Under the pieces are notes generated by a model. That model was not told where the DNA came from. It ran no database searches and saw only the letters and a list, made by a program, of their open reading frames with translations. 64,000 nt of DNA from an uncultured Clostridia bacterium (GTDB lineage Bacteria; Bacillota; Clostridia; Christensenellales; UBA1242). The position numbers and the translations under genes were made by a program. The stretch lies in NCBI GenBank assembly GCA_944332315.1, contig CALVJT010000038.1, positions 2,024 through 66,023 on the forward strand, written 5' to 3'. Below, piece after piece: positions 8,681-20,200 of this stretch (positions are counted from its first letter, which is position 1; every line of letters begins with the position of its first letter).

Positions 8681-11600
8681 ATGAGTTTTAGCATTGTAGA
8701 TAACACACTGTTTATAAATGATTTTAATGAACCTATTCCACGCGAATTGCAAAATAAAGTGGAAAAAGTTATAATAAAAAACGGAATAAAATCTATTCCG
8801 TGTGCGTATTTTAAGAAAATAAAAAACATAAAAAGCGTATCTTTACCCAATACGCTTGAGACTATTGAAAACGAAGCCTTTAAGGGGTGCGCCTCACTTA
8901 CACAAATAAATCTACATAATGTTCAGTTTATTGGTGACGAAGCCTTTGTGGGGGCTAATCTTGAAAGCATAGTTTTAACTAACGCTCGCGAGCTAGGGAA
9001 GGGGGCGTTTTCGATATGTCAAAATCTAAAAAATGTAGAACTAGGAAATCGTTTGCTATCTATATCGGAAGATTGCTTTTTATCATCTCATTTACTTAAA
9101 ACCATTAATTTACCTAAAAGCGTAAAAACTATAGGGGACCAAGCATTTCAGAATTCTGGTGTTCAATCTATAAATCTTGAAGGGGTTGAAAAGATAGGAA
9201 TTCGAGCGTTTAGTCAATGCAAAGACTTAAAAACCGTTGAACTGGCAGATGCCGTTAAACTACAAGCGGAGGCATTTAAGGCAAGTGGTTTAGTTTATTT
9301 AGAATTAAATATAGAGGATATCCCTACAGGGTGCTTTGCAAATTGTACACATTTAGAAAATATAAAACTGAGCAACACAAAATACATAAGATTTTCAGCA
9401 TTCGAAAACTCTGGACTAAAGGAATTGAATCTGCCCAATACGGTAGTAAGTTTAGGCAACGAAATTTGTAGGGGTTGTCGGGGCTTAAAGAGCATACACA
9501 TACCTTGTAAAGAAATACCAATAGGAGCATTTATGGATTGTCCTGCCCTAACAAAAGTAACTGGCAATGTTGAGCAAATTTTTGATTTTGCTTTTCAAAA
9601 CTGTGGTGCTCTTATCGGGTTAGATTTACCTAATCTAAAGATTATAAATAGACAAGCGTTTATGAATTGTGCTACATTGAGGTATGTAGATTTTGATAAA
9701 TTGAGAAATATTGGAGTAGGTGCATTTAGTGGATGTAAAAATTTAGGCAAGGGGGATATAATTGATTTATCTAACTGTAAATTAGGTGATGAGTGTTTCA
9801 AAGATTGTTGGGGCATAAACGGTGTAGTTTTGCCTGCAAACGATGTTCCAATGTCTATTTTTAAGGATTGTAAAAGTCTTGAATTTGTAAAAATGCCCGA
9901 AGGGGTTGGGGAAATAGGCTCTAGTGCTTTTTCGGGGTGTCAAAAATTAACTAATATACATTTGCCTTCTACAGTCTACTTAATGGGCAACAGTGTTTTT
10001 ATGGCTTGCTACAAATTAAGCCAAATTAATATACCAGATAATGTGCGCGAAATTCCTCAGTATGCCTTTAGCCACTGCGAAAGCTTAGAAAGTATATCTC
10101 TGCCCGAAAATTTGCAGAGCATACTATGTGGCGCATTTTATCAAAGCGGAATAAAAGAGGTAGAGTTGCCTCCATATTTATCTAGCATAGAATTTTGGGC
10201 ATTTTATGGATGTAAAAATTTACAAAGCATAGATATTCCACAAGTAGAATCTTTAGCCGATACCGCTTTTTGCGAGTGTGATAACTTAAAAGAAATAAAA
10301 CTCCCTATCAAAATTAGATTAAACGATGTGAATTCAGATAAAGATGTTTCTTACCTAAGTGAAAGTTTTTATAAAAATTCAAATGTAAAATCTTTGATAT
10401 TATATGATGAAAAGAACGAATATAAATTTAATATAAACGATAACGAAAAATTCAAAGATGTTTTTCCAATTAGTTGTAGTGGAGAGATATATTTGTGTGC
10501 TACTACTAACCACGCAGTTTATATAAAGAGCAAAAACTTTGAAAAAGTTATATCAAATGAACAAATACAAAAATATGAACACTCTAATTTAATTATAGGG
10601 GATGTGATAGGGCTTGATGCAATGCATATGGCAAAACGCTTAAAAAATTTTTTGAGGTACGAAATATATCTGCAAAAGTGTAATATACCATCAAAAAGTG
10701 ATGATATTATAATATCGCAAGCTCTGCAGGAAAAGCAGTATCCGCAATTTTTGGAATATCGAGAATATTGGCAGAAGGCACTTAATAAATATATCCCACA
10801 AGAATTTAATGATAAACTGACATATTTTAATTTGTGTTATGCATTGGGGTTATTTATGAGTGATGAAAAGCACCGAATAAATGTGCTCAATTTTTTGAAC
10901 AAAGATTTTGTTAATGATGAGTTTATAACACCTAGCAACATAGGAGATAAGTTAGATGGTATTAAACTAAAAGATATGCCAAATATAAAATTGCTAAACT
11001 TTTTTAAGCAATACTATAAACAATTAGAAAAAGATAATAATGCTTCTACTCTTGTGTATGCAATTAATAATTTTGATGAAATATCAAAAATGTTGCCTCG
11101 TGTTACAGCCGATGACTTAAAAAAATATATGAGTGAAGGCTCGTATAGTAATATTGAAAAGGGGAGCGAAATGCTTGCGCGCCTTGCAAGCGTGGCGGGA
11201 TACAATCAATATCAATTTGAAACATTGCAACAACTCTTTAAGCAATCGCAACAGCAACCATCAAACATATTTGAGCGTATTGAAAGTAGACAAGCCCAAA
11301 TACAGGCGCAGGAGGTGCGAGTTGCCAAAGAGTTGTTGGATACTGTGGACGATGAATTTACATTTGAGTGGCTAGATAAACACAGCGAATACAACTTGTT
11401 GTTGGGCGAAATTTGTAAATGCTGTGCAAAAATTGGTGCTCCTGGTGCTGGAATTATGCAAGCATCAGCTATAGATAAGCACGTGCAAAATTTGGTTGTG
11501 CGCGAAAAGGGCGGAGATTATATAGGCAAGGCAACCATATATGTAAATCCGCGCAGACAGTATGCGGTTATAAACAACTTTATTGTTAAAGAAAAGTACC

Positions 11601-11872
11601 GCAAAGGTGAGCGCGCCCAAGGAGTATTTGATGCATTTATGCGCGGTATAAAAGCTTTTGTAGCCGAATACAATAGTAATAACGAAGAAGCCCCGCTTTT
11701 GGATGTTACTGTTGGTATGGCTAACAATAAATTGGAAAGATTGGTCAAACAAAATCTAAAAAAGAGTGCTATATTATATCAGGGCGCGAACTTTGTAGGG
11801 TATCCGGGCGATGGCGTTCGTGAGCAATATGTAGTGTACAGCGCATCACAAAATATGAATGTGGAGAAATGA
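8681..11872 (+). CDS. BspA-type leucine-rich-repeat protein with an uncharacterised C-terminal module (paralogue 1)
   Basis: Residues 1 to about 550 are roughly 23-aa repeats of the form I..I...AF..C..L..I.LP..V..IG, the BspA/LRR_5 type. There is no N-terminal signal peptide. The C-terminal roughly 420 aa align with the C-terminus of the 53172-55250 protein. Confidence 0.8.
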   Translation: MSFSIVDNTLFINDFNEPIPRELQNKVEKVIIKNGIKSIPCAYFKKIKNIKSVSLPNTLETIENEAFKGCASLTQINLHNVQFIGDEAFVGANLESIVLTNARELGKGAFSICQNLKNVELGNRLLSISEDCFLSSHLLKTINLPKSVKTIGDQAFQNSGVQSINLEGVEKIGIRAFSQCKDLKTVELADAVKLQAEAFKASGLVYLELNIEDIPTGCFANCTHLENIKLSNTKYIRFSAFENSGLKELNLPNTVVSLGNEICRGCRGLKSIHIPCKEIPIGAFMDCPALTKVTGNVEQIFDFAFQNCGALIGLDLPNLKIINRQAFMNCATLRYVDFDKLRNIGVGAFSGCKNLGKGDIIDLSNCKLGDECFKDCWGINGVVLPANDVPMSIFKDCKSLEFVKMPEGVGEIGSSAFSGCQKLTNIHLPSTVYLMGNSVFMACYKLSQINIPDNVREIPQYAFSHCESLESISLPENLQSILCGAFYQSGIKEVELPPYLSSIEFWAFYGCKNLQSIDIPQVESLADTAFCECDNLKEIKLPIKIRLNDVNSDKDVSYLSESFYKNSNVKSLILYDEKNEYKFNINDNEKFKDVFPISCSGEIYLCATTNHAVYIKSKNFEKVISNEQIQKYEHSNLIIGDVIGLDAMHMAKRLKNFLRYEIYLQKCNIPSKSDDIIISQALQEKQYPQFLEYREYWQKALNKYIPQEFNDKLTYFNLCYALGLFMSDEKHRINVLNFLNKDFVNDEFITPSNIGDKLDGIKLKDMPNIKLLNFFKQYYKQLEKDNNASTLVYAINNFDEISKMLPRVTADDLKKYMSEGSYSNIEKGSEMLARLASVAGYNQYQFETLQQLFKQSQQQPSNIFERIESRQAQIQAQEVRVAKELLDTVDDEFTFEWLDKHSEYNLLLGEICKCCAKIGAPGAGIMQASAIDKHVQNLVVREKGGDYIGKATIYVNPRRQYAVINNFIVKEKYRKGERAQGVFDAFMRGIKAFVAEYNSNNEEAPLLDVTVGMANNKLERLVKQNLKKSAILYQGANFVGYPGDGVREQYVVYSASQNMNVEK

Positions 11873-11878
11873 TTTTTT

Positions 11879-12088
11879 ATGAACGATAGTAAAATAAAAG
11901 TTTTATCAGCGCAAACAAAAGCGCTAGAGTATTTGCAAAACGAAAAAGAAAAGGTCAACAAAATAATTGACGAACTAAAACAGGATTATTTTTTGGCAGA
12001 TGAACCGCTAAAAAGGGATATAGAACTTAAAGCCGAGCAAGCGCTAGAAAAATTAGATGAAATTTTGAAAAAATTAAAAGCACTATAG
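11879..12088 (+). CDS. Small charged coiled-coil protein (hypothetical)
   Basis: This 69-aa ORF starts 7 nt after the LRR gene stop. It is K/E/L-rich with heptad-like character. The RBS spacing is long, so the call is tentative. Confidence 0.3.
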   Translation: MNDSKIKVLSAQTKALEYLQNEKEKVNKIIDELKQDYFLADEPLKRDIELKAEQALEKLDEILKKLKAL

Positions 12089-12169
12089 TTTGCTATTTGC
12101 CATTATTAAATTTATCTAGTAAAACATATAAATTGCATTAATAAATTATAAAAAATCATTTTTAAGTGT

Positions 12170-12198
12170 TTGTAATTTATCAAAATGTGTGGTATAAT
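12170..12198 (+). promoter_or_regulatory. Sigma-A promoter for acpP
   Basis: TTGTAA (12170-12175), 17 nt spacer, TGgTATAAT (12190-12198). Confidence 0.5.
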
Positions 12199-12227
12199 GC
12201 ATTAATTAAACCTATAAGGAGGATAAA

Positions 12228-12455
12228 ATGTTTGAACAGTTGCAAGAAATGTTGGCAAAACAATTGAACATAAGCAAAGATAAAATTCAACCCGAAAGCC
12301 GCTTGCTTGAGGACTTAAATGCAGATTCATTGGATTTTGTAGAATTGCTTATGACAGTTGAAGATGAGTTTGGCGTTACTATTAGTGACGAGGACGCTAA
12401 AAACTTAAAAACTGTAGATGATGTAGATAAATACATAGAAGCTAATAAAAAATAA
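12228..12455 (+). CDS. acpP: Acyl carrier protein
   Basis: The 75-aa product carries the phosphopantetheine attachment motif LNADSLDFVEL and an acidic helix bundle pattern. The RBS is AAGGAGG. Confidence 0.9.
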   Translation: MFEQLQEMLAKQLNISKDKIQPESRLLEDLNADSLDFVELLMTVEDEFGVTISDEDAKNLKTVDDVDKYIEANKK

Positions 12456-12544
12456 CGATAAAAAGTTTTAACAACAAAGTTTAAGTGCAAACAAAGTGTT
12501 TAGTACTACTATGTTGTATAATAAACTAGTTGTTTTATATAAAT

Positions 12545-12574
12545 AAGGCACATTGAACATTCAATGTGCCTTTT
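12545..12574. terminator. Bidirectional intrinsic terminator between convergent genes
   Basis: AAGGCACATTGA (12545-12556) pairs with TCAATGTGCCTT (12561-12572) around loop ACAT, giving a perfect 12 bp stem flanked by A and T runs. Confidence 0.6.
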
Positions 12575-12642
12575 CAATTAAAGGAATAATATAATTCTAT
12601 ATTAAATGACTCTATATATGATAAATAAATTTGTTGATAAAA

Positions 12643-13314
12643 TTATCTTTCTAAATTATCTATTTGATTTTTTATATTTTCAACTTCTGGGTCAAAGACA
12701 ATATTTATCCCCATAGATGACATATTTGATAAAAACTCGCTAATTTTATATGATTCTATATTGTAAGTAATAATTTTGTTTGTATCTAAAAGTTCCTTTT
12801 CTGTAAATAGCTCATCTATACCATCTATGGTGCACTCAATGTCATCGTAACTAACTTTAATGCCTAATTCGTTCATAATTTCTTTCATAAAGCCAACTTT
12901 ATCTTTTTTTATAGATGCTACTATGTATTCGCCATAGTTTTGAGGGTACAATGCTTTAAGTTTAATTAAATATTCATTAGTCAAATCCATGGCACTTGCC
13001 AAACACTGAGATTGGCAGCTACAATCAAAATAATTATAAGTCAAAATAAATCTATAGAGGGTAGCAATTTCTTTGGCGTATTTATCATTGAGTGAAGGCA
13101 ATATTTCATAGCAAAGTTTGTTTGCGTTTATAAAGTGACAATGTTCAATAGCAGATTGTATTTCGTATAAATTCATTTGCCCATTCCAAGATTTAATTCT
13201 ATCCATAAACAGCATATCATAAAAAGTTCTTTGCTTTTTGTCCATAAAAAGTTCGGCTTTGTAATTATCTATATTATCCAATAAGTATTCTAAGGAAATT
13301 TCAAAATTTTTCAT
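12643..13314 (-). CDS. Hypothetical protein, no recognisable motifs
   Basis: This 223-aa ORF has no competing ORF, no signal peptide and no TM segment. Confidence 0.5.
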   Translation of the reverse strand: MKNFEISLEYLLDNIDNYKAELFMDKKQRTFYDMLFMDRIKSWNGQMNLYEIQSAIEHCHFINANKLCYEILPSLNDKYAKEIATLYRFILTYNYFDCSCQSQCLASAMDLTNEYLIKLKALYPQNYGEYIVASIKKDKVGFMKEIMNELGIKVSYDDIECTIDGIDELFTEKELLDTNKIITYNIESYKISEFLSNMSSMGINIVFDPEVENIKNQIDNLER

Positions 13315-13619
13315 AATTTTTTCTCCAACTTATTTTATCACAATATAGATATTTGTCAAGAGTTTATAAAAAAGTTGCATTTTTAAGGGAGTGTTCTAAA
13401 AATTTTATATAAGTATATTATAATAAATTACAAATTAATCTTGCAAATTTTGTGTTAAAATAATTGTATTAATAGAACATTTACAATAATTGTTTATTGA
13501 GTAAAGATTTGTGAACTAATTATAAAAAAACTACAATTACCCCTAAAAAATGCCTGCAAAATGATAAAAACACTTCTAATTCGACACATAGCGACATATT
13601 CATACAAATGGAGGAAAAT

Positions 13620-13892
13620 ATGTCGTATATAGATGATAGGACTATAAAAGAGGCAGAGTTTATTGTAAAAACAAAATTTACTATACGAAAATCTGCCGAA
13701 TATTTTGGGGTTTCTAAAAGTACACTACACAACGATCTAAAATTTAGGTTGCCAAAACTAAATAGCAAACTTTATGTAAAAGTACAAAAAATATTAAAAC
13801 AGCATTTTGATGAAAAACATATAAAAGGCGGTCAAGCCACCAAACAAAAAAATGCCCTACTAAAGGCAAAAAAAATTAATTTAACATTATAA
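13620..13892 (+). CDS. spoIIID: Stage III sporulation protein D (mother-cell HTH transcription factor)
   Basis: MSYIDDRTIKEAEFIVKTKFTIRKSAEYFGVSKSTLHNDL...GGQATK matches the SpoIIID pattern (ERTIKIG.YIV....T.R..A.EFGVSKSTVHKDL...GG.ATK). The start is set at 13620 behind GGAGG (13610-13614); the track ORF begins at 13608. Confidence 0.85.
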   Translation: MSYIDDRTIKEAEFIVKTKFTIRKSAEYFGVSKSTLHNDLKFRLPKLNSKLYVKVQKILKQHFDEKHIKGGQATKQKNALLKAKKINLTL

Positions 13893-14135
13893 TTTATATT
13901 GTATTTAACAAAATTTTAGGTGTAAAAATAATAGCCCTAAAATTTTTTTATATAGCACGATTGTTTTTACTAAAATGCAAAATAGATATTTTTTCAAAGC
14001 CCAATACTTTAGCTTTTTAAGTTGCAAAACTAAGTTTTTTATTATAACTAGTTTATAAATAATCTGTACTTTTTGTGCCGTGTATTTATAAGATAGATTT
14101 ATATCAAATAAGTGGCATTAAACAATAAAAAATGT

Positions 14136-14165
14136 TTGACTTTGTATGTCGAATTTTGGTAAAAT
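14136..14165 (+). promoter_or_regulatory. Candidate sigma-A promoter for the giant lipoprotein gene
   Basis: TTGACT (14136-14141), 18 nt spacer, TGgTAAAAT (14157-14165). The RBS GGAG at 14249-14252 precedes the ATG at 14258. Confidence 0.4.
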
Positions 14166-14257
14166 TTTAGAGAAAAATATATTTAATAAAATTTTGCGTA
14201 TTTTTTTGTAAAAATTGCATTTTTGCATAAAATATAAAACAAAAGATTGGAGAATTT

Positions 14258-17200
14258 ATGAACAAATTATTGTGGTTGTGTATTTTTATTATATCGGCGG
14301 GGTTTTTGTTTACTGCTTGTAATGATGACCCTTATAAAAATATGAGGCTAATTGTAGAACAAAGCAGTATCGAAATTGTGCTTAATCACGATGCCGATTC
14401 TGGCAATACCGATGAGGATGTAGGGGATGGCGAGGAGCCAGAAGTGCCTGCAAACACTGCGTATTTACAAGCGCACATCGAAAATAATAAAGATAATCAA
14501 TCGGATGTAGTATTGTTTGATATAGTAGATAAATCTCTTGCTACTATAAGCGTAACGCAAAGCGATGGTGTGTACACTGCCGAAATTGTAGCGGTAGCTC
14601 CGGGCGAAACCGAGATTACCGTTATGAGCGAGGAAGGGGGCAGAATACAAAGAGTGCCATTGCGCATTGTAGAGCCGATTACAGGACTTGCATTCGATCC
14701 TGATTTTTCGCTTGCAGTAGCAGTAGGACAAACGTATCAGTTTACAAATGCAAATTTGAATTACGAGCCTGCGCTAACAAATCAAAAAGATGTAGTTTAC
14801 TCTATGGCAACTCCTGTGCAGGGGGTATCTATAACTGAAAGCGGATTACTACAAGTTGCATCGCAACCAACTGAAAGCTATATAACCATAGTAGCCACAA
14901 GTGTTGCCAATCCAGAATTAGCAACAACCACACAAGTATACATATACAATGCACTGCAAGATGACCAAATACATCTATTTTATGGCAGTACCGAAATTGT
15001 AGATAACCTTTCGATAGGTAAAAACACAAACTTTAATAATATTGTTGTAGATATAGTAATAGATGATGCCACCGAGCAGTATATTGCATACGCAGTTGTC
15101 AATGATGCAAGCGTCATAAGGGCAGAGCGTGTTTCGAACGAAAATCTTTCGTTTAAGATAACTGGTATTGAGCAAAGCCAGGCGCAAATTACATTTAGGA
15201 TAGGCATAGTTGGTGTTACCGAACAAATATATATCGAAAAGATACTAAGTGTACAAATTTATGACCTTATTGATACCATTTATGTAAATGGAGCTAGCGA
15301 GCAATCTACAGTGACAGTGTTTGATACCTACGCTAACACTTCGGATACCATTTATGGGACAAGAGTACTTATTGAAGTTACTCCAACAAATTCGCAAAGC
15401 AAATACATCACCTTTACAGCGGACACCGATTCTTTGGCAAATTTAAGTATGCTAGAATTTTACACCGCGTCTGGGCAGGTGATACCAGATATAACCGCAT
15501 ACGAAATGACAAACAATGGTGTCATTTATGTAAGGCCAAGGACGGATATTGATTTTTCCGAATTTTCTTGTAGGCTTACAGTTGTTGCCAATTCAAACTT
15601 TGCAGATGATGCAAGGGTGTACAATGAAATTACAATAAATGCTAAAAATGGCATCACAGATATGGCATTTTCGGAGTCCGAAAAATATATAGACTTAGCA
15701 AATAGTGAATATCAGGAATTTGAGTACATTGTAAATGGCTATACAGTAACCGATTCTAACATAGCAACAATACTATCCGGCTACGATTTAGATGACCTTA
15801 GCATACTTGTGCAAAGACCAAATGTTTTATCGGCAGTATTAATAGATGGCAAATTATACATAAGGCCATTAAGCACGGGCACAACAACGCTGACACTGCG
15901 CGCACCTAACGGCATTTCGACGGAGCCAGCTACTATAACAGTGGTAGAACCTACCAATAGTGTGGTTGTTGATGTAGATTCTAATGCATATAGGTCGTAC
16001 ATAGCAAGTGTTGAGCGAGATGAAAACAATAAACTTGTAGGAATTAACGCAAATGTAGATAGCACTTTCTCGCTATATCTTGCAAAAAGTTCGGCAAACG
16101 GCACGGTTTGGGATGTCACATACAACTCAAGTGTAACATCAGTTGCAACCGTTACATCGCAGGGCACTATACGCGGGCTATCTGCGGGAACTACTTTAAT
16201 TACAGTAAATTATAGCTATGCTCGTTTTGATGAGCTTACAGAACAAATAGTTGTAGTTAATGCCGAACAAGAAATTGAACTGTTCGTATTCTTGCCTATC
16301 ACTGAGTTCAATATTGGTAGGTCAACTGCTACTATATACGATGTCAATACCATAGGCTACTATGATGCTGGCCTGTATTCTACGGTAGACTTTAATGTTA
16401 TTATGAACGATGCTTACATTGAAAGAAGTGCCATAAGAATGTATATAAATAATGAAGCATTTGACATCGAAAATTCTAGCAATACCTACAAAATAATAGG
16501 ACAAAATGGCATACTATTCTATTATGGTGAGGGTAGAGCTACATTTTTAGCAAAAATAGGCAGTGATATTAACACCGCAACTGTAGGAATAGTGGCAGAA
16601 GTTCACGAGTTTGACAGAACTTACCGCAGTATTTGCAATATAACAATAAATAGGGCAACAACAGTAAACGAAATAGTACTTTATAACACCAATACGCAGA
16701 TTGTAGATGGCACAACATATAATACCCTTTATTTCCGAGCAGGGCTTGGTTTAGGTGTGGATACCGATAATACGCAACAAATTAGAGTTTCCACAACTCC
16801 AGTGAGTGCGGTTAATAGCGGAGTTTACTACTTTGCTTATGATTACAAGGAGGATAACAACATTTCGTCCTCTACGCAAGAAAGTCAAATTATAAGCGTT
16901 TCGCAAGATGGGGTTGTAACGCCACTTCGCGCAGGGTCTGCAAAAGTGGTAGTTGTGCCACGCGATGCGCTACATAACTACGATTTGAACAGCGATGGCA
17001 CCCTATCTATGTCTGAACTGCTACTAAATTTGCAACAATTGCAATTGCAAGGTAGCACTTTAAGGTACAAAGAGATTATTGTAAATGTAGCAGATGGAAC
17101 GCTAGAAAATCCTTATCAAATTTCTAGTGCGGTGGACTTTTTGAACATTGCAACGGGCCTTGATGACCACTACGAATTGGTGCAAACCATCGATTTATCT

Positions 17201-20200
17201 CGTGTAGATTTAAGTGCTTTAGGCAATTCTGAAACGCCATTTACGGGTTCCATTAATGGTAGATTTTACCTTGAAAATCCTAGCGAGGAAAATCCAAATG
17301 GAGTATATATCGACTCTCGCATACTAGGGGTAAAACTAAATAGAACAATTTCTAGCGCTACAAGCGATGTTTCGTTTGGCTTGTTTGGCGTAGTAAAAAG
17401 TTCGGTTAATTTTGAAAGTGTAATTGCAAGCTTAATACCAAGTTTTAGAAATCTGTATATCGAGTTTACAGAATATAATGTGGATATACAAGGCACATAT
17501 TCTGGGCTTACCTTCAATTTAGGAATGCTTGCAGGGCAGTTTGAGGGCGCTATAGATAATGTCCAGCTAGTGATGCGCAATCCAGCTACTATATCTAATA
17601 GTTCACAAGCAAGCATTAATTTTGGTGGTTTTGCTGGGGTTGTAAATCAAAGCACCTACGAATTGGTAAATCAAGATGGACAACCAGAGCAGTATCATCT
17701 ATCAAGCTATATATCTAATTCCAAACTTATCGGTGGTGGAAGCATAACTATAGATAATATTTTGGGCGATAGTTATATTGGTGGCTTTGTTGGCGTTTTG
17801 AATCAAAATTCCTCAATACAAGGTCAGTATGCATTTGTAAATGATACAGTCGGCGAAAATAACAACTTTGTATTCTCCTTTAATGGACAAGATAACGATT
17901 TAGTTTTTGATGTAAATGTTGTTGTGAACAGTGCACCAACCTTAATGGGTGTGGGTGGCATTGTTGGTAGAAACTATGGAACAGTTCAAAATGTAGCAGT
18001 TTTTGGCAAAGTTTCGGTACTAAACTCACAAAATGTAGAACAGGGCAGAAACATCGGTGGCGTGGTTGGCTACAACAGTGGTCAAATTAGCGATGTATTT
18101 TCGCGCAGTGCAGTAATTGGGGGCAACAATGTCGGCGGTATAGTAGGCTTTAATGCAAGTTCAATAAGCGTTGCAATTTTTGAAAGTTACCAAGATGGCT
18201 CCTCCTATGTGCGTGGGCGAGAGTCAGTCGGCGGAGTTGTAGGCTTAATGCAGGGCGGTACTTTGGATTATGGCTCATCTACATCATTTATAACAAGCGA
18301 TGGCCTATATGCTATAACAGGGTATTCTGCTGTAGGCGGGCTTGTTGGACAAACTGCTAATGGCGCAACAATCTCGCGCAGTCAGGCATCGACTAAAATT
18401 GGCGTTTATTCTAACTCGAATTTAACATATAAGTATGCAGGTGGTTTGGTAGGGCTTGCAAATAGCGTTAACATACAAAATGCATACTCAATATCAAACC
18501 TATACCTGCTAGATCAGGTATCTACCTTTACATTAGGCGGGTTTATAGGGCGCACACAATCGGGGGTTACTATAGCAAATACCTATTCTGTCAGCAATAT
18601 AAACAATTATGTAGGTAGTATCCAATCGGCACCAACAAATAACAGTTCGTTCTATCTCAACGAAACATCTACTTCACCAAGTGGTTCAGCAAATGCAAGG
18701 ACAAGTGAGCAACTTAAAACCCTTAGCAACTATCCTAGCCCACAATGGGATTTTACTATTACATTTAGAATGTCAGAGAATGTAAATAACGGATATCCAT
18801 ATTTAATTTATTCAGATTCCGAGTTTATTACTGTAGCTCCTACAAGTTTGAGTGTAATTGTAAATGAAACAGTAGATAATAGCTATATAAAAATTAACGA
18901 TAATAGAGTAGTTTTATTTAGTCAGCAAGAAAATATCGAAAATGCGGATAACTATGTGTTCTCATTAAATGATTTAATAACATTAGATGTATCTCCGCTG
19001 ACAAATAGAATAGTGCGCGTTAAAGCTACACTTGAAGTTGGCTCGGATGTTGTACAAATAGACGGCGGTAATTTGATAATTATAGGTGAGGGATATGCAA
19101 AAATAAGAATTTCCTCGCAACTTAACGAGGATGTGTACGACTACCTAGAACTCTATGTAGTGAACGGCTTAAATTCATTTAGTGATAATACAAATGGCGA
19201 ATTGAACTTACTAAAAGGTACTTCTACCGAAATTAAATATACCTTTGAAAATGGCTACAATGTAGTAGGAACTAACTATGGTATAGCGTACAAAGATTTA
19301 TATACCTATGCATCTTTTAACTATAGCCAAGATGAAATTTTGGATGATGTAGAGTATGCATTTGTAGATTATAACTTTACAAAAATTATAACAGCCCTTG
19401 ATGTTGTTGAAAATGCACCAATACAACAAGTAGCATATGTAAACGCAAACTTTGATGGTGAAATTATACGCGTGCTTTTGCCTTGGACGGAAAAAGAGTT
19501 TGTATTAAATATCTACAATGGAGCTACAGATTTTGTGCTTGATAGGCAACAATCTACAATTATGCCAAGCCAAACTGCTAGTATCGAAGCACTTATAACT
19601 ACAGATTTAAGTTCCGAAATTGTCAGCAACATAACAATCAAAAACGGCGATAATATTATCGAAAATTACAGCATTAGCGTACAAACAGGCTTTGAGCCAA
19701 ATGTTAATACCATTTTAATTACAAGAGAAAGTGTTGGAACGCAACTCTTTGAGGTTGATTTAATTGCATTTAACTTTGATGCAAATACAAATCAATTGAG
19801 TATGACATTTGAATTTACTCCAACAAGCAATTTGCATAACATAAATACTCAATTGCAGTATGATGTAAGTTTTAATGTTCAAGATAAATTAGAGCAGGAT
19901 TACACAATAAACCTAGTACCTCAGTCGGTAGAGCGCATATCCGCATTGCATTTTCCTGATGGCAATTTGCGCGAGGATGAGGTTGCAACCGATAGAATTT
20001 CTAGCGGGGTAGAAGGCTTGTTGAGCATAAATCTATACCCAAGCTATAGTCAAGTTGATTATGTAGATATCACGGCACTGCCTGTAAATGGCGAACAAAT
20101 GACTTTTGTGCAAAGAGTGCTGAATAATGGACAATTAGAACGCCTTTACCCAGAAGCTCAGCAAATAGATAATGGTATAAGGTTGAGTTTGGCTTCCTAC

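Noticed and set aside
13601-13606. CATACA just upstream of spoIIID could be a sigma-E type -10 element.
   Set aside because: It sits only about 4 nt before the RBS, so transcription would start inside or after the Shine-Dalgarno sequence. I could not identify a matching -35. The spoIIID promoter is therefore left uncalled.
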